Assembly (NCBI RefSeq): GCF_006345805.1
Contig: NC_043001.1
Coordinates: forward strand, 52,948,001-53,012,000
DNA: 64,000 nt
Source of the DNA: Octopus sinensis
Lineage: Eukaryota
Reading direction: 5' to 3'
Every line of letters begins with the position of its first letter. Within the stretch, counting starts at the first letter, position 1. Below are positions 53,789 to 64,000 of the stretch, piece after piece. Position numbers and translations under genes: made by a program. The notes beneath the pieces were generated by a model. It was not told the origin of the DNA, searched no databases, and worked only from the letters and a program-made list of their open reading frames with translations.

Positions 53789-54170
53789 TACAGGGTAAAT
53801 GTTTTTTTAATTTTCTCCTGTTTACGGAATTGATCTTTATTTGCGGTAGAAGCTTTGGCTGTTATTTCTAGTGGGTGAATGGCCTATTATGGCCGTTCCT
53901 TAATTGTTAATGTTGAACTTAAAAATGGTCTATGACTATTTAATTTTTTTCCCGCTGGGCCGCTGGTGGCAATAAAATTCTACAAAATTTTCCTTGCCAC
54001 CCTATATTGATTAATTATGAATTTTTTGGTTAATTCCGTAATGGAATCGACGGCTGATATTTATTTGCTGCCGATAAATTTGGCGCGAGTGCGACGATTT
54101 GAAAATTTTAGGTCAGATATTGACTTGGCAAGATGGGATATGCCTCGTGTAATTATCTGTCCCGAGAGCT

Positions 54171-54277
54171 ATTTCTTGCTGATGAATCCGAGGGCTTATG
54201 GAAGATTGGCTTGATTTAATTTAATTAGGTTGGTTTACCATTAAACAACGGATGAAACGGTATACCGTACAAGAAAT
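54171..54277 (+). ncRNA. Type I hammerhead ribozyme, predicted cleavage after 54269
   Basis: atttcttg-CTGATGA-atccg-(58-nt loop)-cggat-GAAAC-ggtatacc-GTA-caagaaat. Stem I 8 bp, stem II 5 bp, stem III acgg/ccgt with a tata loop (12-nt palindrome); canonical core. Confidence 0.93.
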
Positions 54278-54659
54278 TACAGGGTAAATGTTTTTTTAAT
54301 TTTCTCCTGTTTACGGAATTGATCTTTATTTGCGGTAGAAGCTTTGGCTGTTATTTCTAGTGGGTGAATGGCCTATTATGGCCGTTCCTTAATTGTTAAT
54401 GTTGAACTTAAAAATGGTCTATGACTATTTAATTTTTTTCCCGCTGGGCCGCTGGTGGCAATAACATTCTACAAAATTTTCCTTGCCACCCTATATTGAT
54501 TAATTATGAATTTTTTGGTTAATTCCGTAATGGAATCGACGGCTGATATTTATTTGCTACCGATAAATTTGGCGCGAGTGCGACGATTTGAAAATTTTAG
54601 GTCAGATATTGACTTGGCAAGATGGGATATGCCTCGTGTAATTATCTGTCCCGAGAGCT

Positions 54660-54766
54660 ATTTCTTGCTGATGAATCCGAGGGCTTATGGAAGATTGGCT
54701 TGATTTAATTTAATTAAGTTGGTTTACCATTAAACAACGGATGAAACGGTATACCGTACAAGAAAT
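54660..54766 (+). ncRNA. Type I hammerhead ribozyme, predicted cleavage after 54758
   Basis: Same motif 489 nt downstream. Confidence 0.93.
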
Positions 54767-54988
54767 TACAGGGTAAATGTTTTTTTAATTTTCTCCTGTT
54801 TACGGAATTGATCTTTATTTGCGGTAGAAGCTTTGGCTGTTATTTCTAGTGGGTGAATGGCCTATTATGGCCGTTCCTTAATTGTTAATGTTGAACTTAA
54901 AAATGGTCTATGACTATTTAATTTTTTTCCCGCTGGGCCGCTGGTGGCAATAAAATTCTACAAAATTTTCCTTGCCACCCTATATTGA

Positions 54989-55046
<58 letters not shown>

Positions 55047-55258
55047 GTGTGTGTGTTTGGGTGTGTATATTCTTTTATATATATATATATATATGTGTAG
55101 ATATATGTCTGCGTGTGCTTGCATGTTGGCATGTATGTGTATGTGTATTTGTATATATATGTATGTATATATGTATGTGTGTATGTATATATATGTGTGT
55201 GTGTAGATATATGTATTATATATATATGCGTATATATATATATATATATATATATATA

Positions 55259-55587
55259 AGCGATAGTCTTCTTATTTACCTAAAACTCTATTCTATTATT
55301 CTAGTTATTCATTTATCTACTTTATCACTGATTCTTTTGACCACTCCCCTAAGAAAGACAGTTTGTGCCCTGCCTACCCCAAAAAAGTCCCCACCACCAC
55401 CCCATTAAATCTGCCTAAATGTATAAATGCCAAAACTATTTTTGACACCAAGCTTCCTGATGATTTCATTTGAATGAAACAGTTCTAGTCCTGTAGAAGC
55501 TCCTTCTATAAAATAAATTTATTTACTCTGATATGTATTGAGTACCTTATTTACTGTGGTTAACCCCGACTAAACCCGGGACCTACA

Positions 55588-55590
<3 letters not shown>
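55259..55590 (+). mobile_element. Solo ~330-bp TA-embedded element with an HHR
   Basis: Flanked by (TA)n on both sides; contains the HHR at 55451-55501 followed by aataaa. Confidence 0.65.
55451..55501 (+). ncRNA. Type I hammerhead ribozyme
   Basis: agcttc-CTGATGA-tttcatttgaat-GAAAC-ag ttctagtc ct-GTA-gaagct. Stem I 6 bp, stem II ttc/gaa, stem III acag/ctgt. Confidence 0.8.
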
Positions 55591-55643
<53 letters not shown>

Positions 55644-56065
55644 CTCCAATGCACCTACACTTTGGACCCAGCATTTATTCGTAACTGCTGCAATTGTAAA
55701 CTTACTATATTACCAGTGTAGTTTCTTCACAGTCTTCGCTTGAATATCCCTTGAGACTTAAGAGGTTAATTTATGCTGTTATTCTTTGTGTTCTATGATG
55801 TGGAGTGGTATGCTAATTTAGACGCGAGCTATCTTCAATCCATTCGTTTATTTCTTATAAATAGTTATTTCAAAAAAAATATTCTTTGTTTAAATGTTTA
55901 TAAGTGAAGTATATTGAACAATGATATATGGTCTCATATCAAAGTAACTTAAAGTTTCTTCCTGCCTAAAATTCATTAGTTCCTGGAGAGTATTGTTTTG
56001 GAGTACTAATTAATTCCCAGTTGATAGTATAGTCTCTGTCTTTAATACACCACATTATATATATA

Positions 56066-56336
56066 TTGTTCCTTCTCGAGCCACGCCTGGCTCATAGGGC
56101 CGGTTTCCCTGTTTCCTTGGCGTATAGGTTCCCCACCTGGAGGGGACGCCGATCCGTCGCAGGTGAGCTGCAAGATGCAGGAGGAAAGAGCAGAAATTCG
56201 TCTCTACCTTCTGCCGGAGCCGCGTGGAGCCTAGGCGTTTCTGCTCATAAACACAAACATTGCCTGGTCTGAGATTCGAACCTGCAATCCCTCGACCGCG
56301 AGTCAGCTGGTCTAACCACTAGGTCATGTGCCTCCT
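56066..56336 (-). mobile_element. tRNA-derived SINE (family C-related), full length
   Basis: Minus-strand head ggaggcacatgacctagtggttaga ... ggttcgaatctc; tail ...atgagccaggcgtggctcgagaagg. Confidence 0.8.
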
Positions 56337-56337
56337 C

Positions 56338-56370
<33 letters not shown>

Positions 56371-56556
56371 CATATATATATATTTGAATTTAGCTATGTA
56401 TGTAAAATCTGTTACGAACAGAAAACTCAAGAACAAAACAAAAGGAATAGTCAAATAGACGTGCACAATGAGTATATTATTTGGTATTTCGTTGCTAAAC
56501 TAGCATATTTTAGAAGGAACATTTCATAGGAAATGATAACTTTCGAACATAGCTTT

Positions 56557-56634
56557 TATTCGATAAGAGTAAGATATTCCTGAGTAGAGGAAAATATTCG
56601 ATAAGAGTAAGATATTCCTGAGTAGAGGAAAATA
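56557..56634. repeat. Perfect 38-bp tandem duplication
   Basis: tattcgataagagtaagatattcctgagtagaggaaaa at 56557 and 56595. Confidence 0.95.
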
Positions 56635-57737
56635 AGAAGGAGCGATTAGTCAGAACAAAAGGAAGCAGGTTTCAGCATGATCAAACAATAATAGACAAGA
56701 AGTTGGACAGACAACGAAATTGTGGTTTTTAAAGTTAGGACAGAGGGTATAATTTACCTGTTTGTGTTAGTGAAATATGCGAATGTCAGTGCTGTAGGCA
56801 TGCTTGTCCGGAGCTATCGATCGCTTCAGCTGTCTCCTATTTTCTTTACACTCACCTACGGACACACGTCTACACATATATGTACATACACGCATAAGTA
56901 CATCCAGATATGTATAAATATGTTTCGTTGTATCACCACATGTACGCAAATAAGTCCACGCTCGTGCACACACATATGTGTCTATCAAGAAACACTTGAC
57001 AATATCGCCTTTATTTCATGCCTGATAATACCTGCATTATATTTACTGATGAGATTACGAAGAAAATATGGGAGTCTATAGACTATGTCTTTCGATACGG
57101 TAATCGAAAACACGAAATCGTTTGAAAACTGAAAGCATTTTCGAAATGCGCGAGTTTATAGAAACCTTCCAGACAGTATTCCCAAGAAATCTCTTTTGAA
57201 CATACTTGTAAGTGTGCTGTCATTTATTGAATATTACAAACTCATAATGTTTATTCAGACATTTTGTCTCTACTCGTACCAGATAGGTAATCCTTCTCTC
57301 CTTTGATTCTTCTCACGTGCTGTATCTCTGTTAAATCGCCTCCCTGTTTACAATGTGTACCGACATGCTTTCGGAAAATTCTCTCTCATCTCGTTGCATA
57401 TTAATATGGAAAATACTTTTATATAATTATGTGCTGGATATATTTAAAATGCTACTTAATACGTGAAAAATATGCTTCATCACGTTGTTTCGAAAGTTAT
57501 TGCTTAATCTGATCTGAAAGAATTTAACTAATGCCTTTGAGGTACCGAAAGCAAATTATGGGTCCATTAGATGGAGTCAATCAGTCTCAATTGGGGTTTA
57601 ACATATTTCACTCACAATTTATTCAACTCCGGAGAGAGCTATATGGATTAATATGTGTAATATATGTATGTATATACACACATACATATATGTGTATGGA
57701 TACACATACATACACACACGTACTCTCTCTCTCTCTG

Positions 57738-57774
<37 letters not shown>

Positions 57775-58178
57775 CATACACACACACACAGACACATAAT
57801 CGTATGTATGAGGAAACCCCTTTCTTTCGTCTCTTATGCACGTTCCATAAATATATGACTATGTTCAAGTTCTCCGCACTTGCTGTCGTAATTATGTCTT
57901 CCGCTCCTATCGCGTCTGCGGTTTCCTCCTCTCTTCCGCACCCTCCACCCTCGACTTCATCCAGAGAACGTGAGTGCTCGTGCTCGTGTCCTCCGCTATC
58001 GGGAAAACAAAGAAGTGAGGATACACATGCACACACCCACGCACACACTCATGCACACGCATATATAAAAAGAATATTCCAAATGCGTCTTCCTTTCGCA
58101 TGCATACATACATGCATGCGAACATACATACATTTATGCATACATACATACATACATACATACATACATACATACATA

Positions 58179-58560
58179 CAAGGTGCAGGATTTTCAGGTT
58201 CGATCTGCTGGTGATTTAACTTCCTGTCTGTCGCCTAGCAATTTATAGTAAATTTGAATTTATTTTGCAAGAAATTTGTTGTGAAATGACTTGATGAGCA
58301 GATACTTTCAGCGGTACTGTAGATGATTGGTAGAAGGCATCATGCTTCCGTTAATTGTTTTAGAAGCCTGTGTTTTCAAGAGCGAACATAAATATCTTTC
58401 GTTCTCCTCCACCCTTGAACCAGCGAAACAAAACTTGTGTGCGTGCTGGAAGAATTAACGGTCCCAGCTGTTTTCGGTACTTCATCAAACAATATTGAAA
58501 TATGTTGTCATATTTCAGAAGATTTATAAATAATAATATCTATATACATACTCAAGATCT
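58179..58560 (-). mobile_element. Possible decayed mariner derivative
   Basis: ta|caaggtgcagga resembles a mariner TIR. Minus-strand ARTQVLFRWFKGGGER resembles the N-terminal HTH (SRTQVFEWFKRFKEGR). Confidence 0.35.
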
Positions 58561-60110
58561 GTTGCTTGTCGATATATCTTCAGTTTCAAAACAGTATTTC
58601 TTTTATGTTCCCCCCAAATATATCCTACGCCTGCAGCTTTCCAATGCTACTTACTTTCCACTGATTTTACTGTTGCTTCCACTCCACAGTAATCCCCTGA
58701 GCTAATGGCGTTTAAACGTCATCTCTCAACTTGAGATAAATAGAAAGTGATTTCGCATTATATTTATGGTTTTACTGGTTGAGGTTTATGTTTCGGAATT
58801 GCTACGGCAATAGTCGTTTTACTTAAATGTCTTCTCCCTTTCTGCGTTCAGGGAATACCATACCATAAAGTGGGTCGCTGACTTGACACCAATTGAGGTA
58901 GAAAATGTAGAAAGCAACTAACCTTGGTAATCTTAATGGTTTGCAATGGACTAGTTGATGCGTCTACTCAGTAAAATCTAATTTAAAACACGCACTCTCT
59001 TTTGAAAACTCGTGAACGATACGATTATTGCTGTATCTTATGCGGACCTTTGATAGACATTTGCTGTTGAAATTCATACTTGTAATTTAATGTCAAATGC
59101 ATGAAATAGGTTTATATGAAGGCATACTGAGTTGTTGGAAATAAATAGCCTTTATTATGCTTTAATGTAATCATGATTTCGACGTAGGAAACCTATCAGA
59201 ATTTGTTGGTTTGTGAGTTTGAAATAAAGTGCATTACGTTGTTCAGAAATATTTAGAAGGAAAGAGCTTATCGATTTTAACATAATTTTCAAGGAAAATA
59301 ATTGCTTGATATTTTCCGCCAATCCAAATTCTCGATGCTATCAAATAAAAAGATTACAGAAACTATAAATGAAACCTGGATTGACCTTTGTAATAGTTAA
59401 ATGTTTACGTGATTTACATCAAAAAGTGCAACTTACATTTAATTCAATAACTTCCTTTGGGTTTTGTGGATCGTAAATTTATCGAGATTTCATCATCAAA
59501 ATTACTTTGCGCTGTCAGTTTTAAATATTTTCGTGATAAGTGCAACACCAATAAAATATATTTACATTCCTTTTTGAAGCGCATCCCGAGAGCAGCGTTC
59601 TGGGAATACATTTCTAGGCAAGGTTGTTAGTAAGTAGATAGCTGAAAACAAAGTGAGTGATGGCAGGAGCTACCCAGGTGCGTCCATATTTTGTTGGCCC
59701 GAGTGTAAACCATTAAATTTACAATAGTAGAGTCAACAGGAGGAGACTAAGCACATATGTGGGTCAGATGCTGGAGGTGTTTATTGTGATGTGTACGATG
59801 AGGTTACATTTAAAATTTGTTTTCTTGTCAAAACATCAGTTACAAATAATTATACCGGTTGATAAATATTTTATATAGCTGTTATCAGTAAAAATTACAC
59901 TGGGGAAGAAATTTGAACGTAATTTGTGTTGAGTTTGCTTTTCCTCTTGATGTAGACTAAAAGTGAAATGCTAATTTCAAAACTTCAATCAGTTTTATTC
60001 TATCACCTCAGATTTTCCTTTTTTCAGAATATTCTCTGAATAAACATAATTGTAATGTTTTGTCATTAACTAACAGTATTGGTTAGCTGCTTTTATTATT
60101 TTATTGATTG

Positions 60111-61330
60111 CGCTGAGGAATATTTACAGAAGAATGTTTAGCTGCCTTGCTTTTTACAATTAGTTGTACCTAACTTGGTGGTGCTTGATTCAGAAATACC
60201 CTCAGTAATGTTTTATCACGTCAGGTTTTTTTCACCAAAAATATGTCAAGTTTGGCACTAATTTAATACTAATACAAACCAAAAGGACATGTCATTGTTT
60301 AACAAATATATTACAGAAAAATCTGTAATTACACATCTAAGGAGATATATTTCTGTCAAATTGGAGTTCTAGCTTCTCAAAAAGTGAAAATTTTCATTGC
60401 TACTTTGCGTGAATAACTTGAATCACGACAGTTCTTTTGCAAACATCAGCAGTAATCAGTCATCACGTCTGCGTTCCACCTGCCTTGATATCTAGTGTCC
60501 TTTGTCTCGATAACTTGGTGGAATATTTCTCCCTGCTGTTTGCTTATTGCACTCTGATTTTCAGGGAAGTAGTTCTGATGGCTGTGAAGAAAATACACTT
60601 TTTGGCGCATGTTGCAGCACATGCCCGAAAACTGGTTAATAGGTTCTGCAGACATTCCTCATAGTTTGGTGATTTTCTATTTTTCAGGAAATCAGCCACA
60701 ACTGCTGTAAAAGCATATCATGCTTCTGTTTCGTTGCAAAACACGGTCTCCAAAAGCAACTTGTTCTGAAGCAGCCACCTAAATCTGTGTGCTGTCAAAT
60801 ATACAAACCTAAATTTTCACACAAGATTAAGCTGGAAATTTTCTGCTTAACTATTTCAAACAGTCATTGCCTCAGTGTCTCAACACATGAGTTACACACT
60901 ATTTGGGTGCCAAAGCTCTGTCTTAATCACCCAATATCAGAATATAAGAAATATCACAACATAAGAATATAAGAAGTAAGGTGAACTTTCTTCACAAAAT
61001 CTGTGATTTATTTCCTTTCATTGCTTGGGTAAGATTGACATCCACAAATGTATCAGAAGGCATCGGAAGTGTTCTGGCATTTTCTTCTCAGAAAGCTGGT
61101 GATATTTCTGAAATAGAAAAAAAGGCATATTCAAACCAGTTCTGAACTGGCTAAAGCATTTTCAGAATCGACAACTGTAAGCAAAGGAAGATGCCTGATG
61201 ATAAAGTTCCATAAAGAGTATACATAACATGAAGTCCTTTGTAAGGTTTTTTGATCATGCTATGATTTCAAAATTCAACCACTAAGGCGCATTTACGGTA
61301 TTAAATTTTCATAAGAAATACTTACACGTG
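60111..61330 (-). mobile_element. Internally deleted Chapaev-like (CMC) DNA transposon
   Basis: N-terminal KCQNTSDAF*YICG...ITDFVKK...GD*DRA..P.IVCNSCVETLRQ (~61080-60865) is joined to the C-terminal AFTAVVADFLKNRKSPNYEE ... KVYFLHSHQNYFPENQSAISKQQGEIFHQVI...RYQGRWNADVMTDYC. Ends approximate; another terminus-like cactggggaagaaa at 59898. Confidence 0.75.
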
Positions 61331-61894
61331 CAATAACACGTTTCTCGCCAGAGTTTCAACGTTAACCACACTAAATCAAGCAAAGCGTGGGCATATCTAC
61401 AGACAAATTCCAAACATATGAGACATGTATGATGTCAAGGAGGACAGAAGTGTATTGTTTAGTGAAATCTAATTGCATAAAACATATTTGTCATCGCCAT
61501 GGCATTCAAAACTGTTTAGATGTAAATCTCTCAAGTATAATGCTTTTAATTTATCAAAGACGCTTAACGCATGAATTGCGTTTTCACTTTTGTAGTTGCA
61601 TTTAATTTAAATGATATTGAACATCTATGTTTTCAAAGTTATGTCAAGCTACATACGTGGGCCGGCATTCGATGAGGCCAAATCTATTACCAGAAATTTT
61701 GACAATACCAGAAATGTTGAAACGTGGAGATTTGAGTTTGTGAAAACTGTGGGGGTGACAGATTAAAATGGATTTCAAAGTTTGAAATTAGCCCCTCAAA
61801 ATTACTTGGAAACATGTCACCAGCACCAGACAATAGAACAATGTACACTAATGTTATTCATGGTTGACACTAAATTACATCTAACTTAAGTGAA

Positions 61895-62280
61895 ATGTGG
61901 ATGTGTAGTAAAGAGCTTGCTTCATAAATACATGGTTCAGAGTTTAGTCCTACTGCATGGCAATTTAAGCAACGTTCTTGTACTATACCCTCGGGCTGAC
62001 CAAAGCTTTGTGAGCGGATTTGGCTGACGGAAACTGAAAGAAACCTTGCGTATATTGGAATATATCTATGTGTGTTTGTGTTTGTCCCCCACCTACGATT
62101 GACAACCGGTGCTGGTGTGTGAACTTCCCCGTAACATATCGGTTCAGCAAAGCAAACAGTTAGAATAAGTACCAGGCTTTTAAAATCTATAGTAATTGGG
62201 GTCGATATTTTCGACTAAAAATATTCTTCAAGTAGTGCGGCAGCATGACCGCAGCCTAATAACTGAAAGAAGTAAAAAGC
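61895..62280 (+). mobile_element. SINE family A, diverged full-length copy
   Basis: gtggatgtgtagtaaagagcttgcttc...catggttcagagtttagtcc ... ggatttggctgacggaaactgaaagaa ... aactgaaagaagtaaaaag. Confidence 0.8.
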
Positions 62281-64000
62281 AAAAGATATGATATTATTGA
62301 TCAAATTTCCTGGAAAGTGATTGTAGATGTGATGGGGGAGTGTTAAAATGCGGTTAAGCAGTTACAAACAATTATTGTAGCACAGAGTGTTGAACGTTGA
62401 AGTCTATGTTGAGCAACAACTAATAAAACACCTGCAATTTTGATTTAGGATTGATAACTATTAATGGTCTGTTCTTTTCTGTTTTCTACTGTGTACATAC
62501 AGTCACGCGCATACGCGCGCACAGACGCACACTTAATTTGTATTACCCCCAGCCAGTAATATTTGAAAGTGAAACCCATTATGAACATGACTAAAACAAG
62601 ACAGAAATATTCGTATTGACACCTTTTACAATGGTCATATATCTTCAAATAACAATTGAGAGATAATATAATAAAATATAGTCTGGTTATCTATATATCT
62701 TCCGTTATTTTAATATATGTTTCTTACAGGTGGTGTTGAATTGTTCATATTTATGTATATTTTATTTATTGCTATATGAATGAGGCACGCACATGAACAG
62801 TTAGTGCATACATACAGACATACAAGAGGAGTGATGAAATTACACATAGTGAAAGTATGTGACCATTTATCACTTCATCAAATCAACCGCATTTGCCTAT
62901 AAGACTTTCTTTTGTGAAACTCCGGAATTCGTCAGCCCTGACACACATCGAAATTGTGTGAACACCACGATAGCGACTACTGACAGTTGAAAAAGTAGGC
63001 TATTTCACTTTTTAATCGATGATTCGTCCGGCATATACATGGTTTGAACATTGAAAATTGCAATTTGTTGTCCAACATCTCTGCTCACTGAATATCGTGG
63101 ATTATTGTCCATAATATTGTGAAATAAACGTCTGGAGCAAGATCAAATAAAATTTGAGGAAACGTCGACACATGGGCATATATGAACATATACAGTCATA
63201 CAAACATACACACATACATAGATACATACATGCATCCATAAATATGCATGTGTATTACACATATGCATTTATTTATACATAAATGTACCTATATATACAT
63301 ATATGTATGTGTGAATAGACATATGCATATAAACAAACATGTATGTATGTGTGTATGTGTGTGCGTATGTGTGGGTGTGTATGTGTGTATAAACGATATA
63401 ACAAGAATCACTAAGTGTAATAGGATTATAAATTAAATTCAGGATACATTAGAAAATAACGAGTGTTATCAGAGATAAAATAGCAGAATTTATATACAGT
63501 GCAATCTCACATATGAAATACAGTGAGATGAAAAGTACCAATTTGACTTAGATTGTCCAGTGAGACGTGCCTGTAATCTAATAGTAACAGCCATAATTAT
63601 ATTTCTATAAGACCTCTCGTCTTTTGTGTGTTTCTATTTTAATATGCTAAGAGGGAACTTTTACCCACAAGTTATTTTTAGCAGAATCAATGGTGAATGT
63701 AAAGTCTTTATCTCAGCATATTACACACGCAGGAGTCTTCCTATATTCATACTTACTCAAAAGAATGCTTCTCTGAGGTATGTATTATTTTCATTCAGAT
63801 TGTCGATATCTCTAAGCAACGTCTCACACGCTGACGCAGACACATATATACACGCAATCACAAACAGGCACAGACACTCATACACACATACACCTACACA
63901 CATGCAGTCACACACACAAATATACTCATATTCACACATAGTCGTATATACGAGAATTTATTAAAATGTGTCAATTACTTATGCTTTGCAACAGTCGAAA

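Larger units (their letters stand above)
50633..54996. mobile_element. Retrozyme-like array: ~489-bp unit, 6.5 copies followed by 2.5 inverted copies, one hammerhead per unit
   Basis: Unit starts at 50633, 51121, 51606, 52095, 52584, 53071 and 53560; orientation flips at 53781-53788. Units differ almost only by 1-nt indels. Flanked by (TA)n on both sides. Confidence 0.95.

Noticed and set aside
50633-54996. CRISPR array, rDNA or tRNA/5S gene array interpretation
   Set aside because: Units are identical end to end with no unique spacers, and no rRNA or tRNA motifs are visible; the context is eukaryotic.
58845-58965. Possible PIF1/Helitron helicase remnant (GIPYHK ... CNG)
   Set aside because: Only two short loose matches, requiring frameshifts.

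Overview
AT-rich, repeat-dominated eukaryotic non-genic DNA, probably from an octopus or other cephalopod (inferred from the tRNA-derived SINE families and dense TA/CA/TAA microsatellites). No host protein-coding gene can be supported; most ORFs in the track are translated microsatellites. Recognisable transposon debris: RLE-type (R4/Dong-like) LINEs, RTE-like LINE remnants, two Penelope-like elements (RT, GIY-YIG), a DD41D Tc1/mariner fragment, Chapaev-like transposase remnants, tandem non-autonomous Helitrons and several SINE families. The main signal is RNA-structural. By eye I count about 25 type I hammerhead ribozyme (HHR) motifs in at least 8 sequence families of non-coding units, nearly all inserted in (TA)n tracts as tandem and/or inverted copies. 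The best example is a near-identical 489-bp array (50633-54996) with 9 HHRs whose orientation flips exactly at the predicted self-cleavage site. This looks like a Penelope-dependent, retrozyme-like (possibly circRNA-producing) system. All structures were read by eye, not computed.
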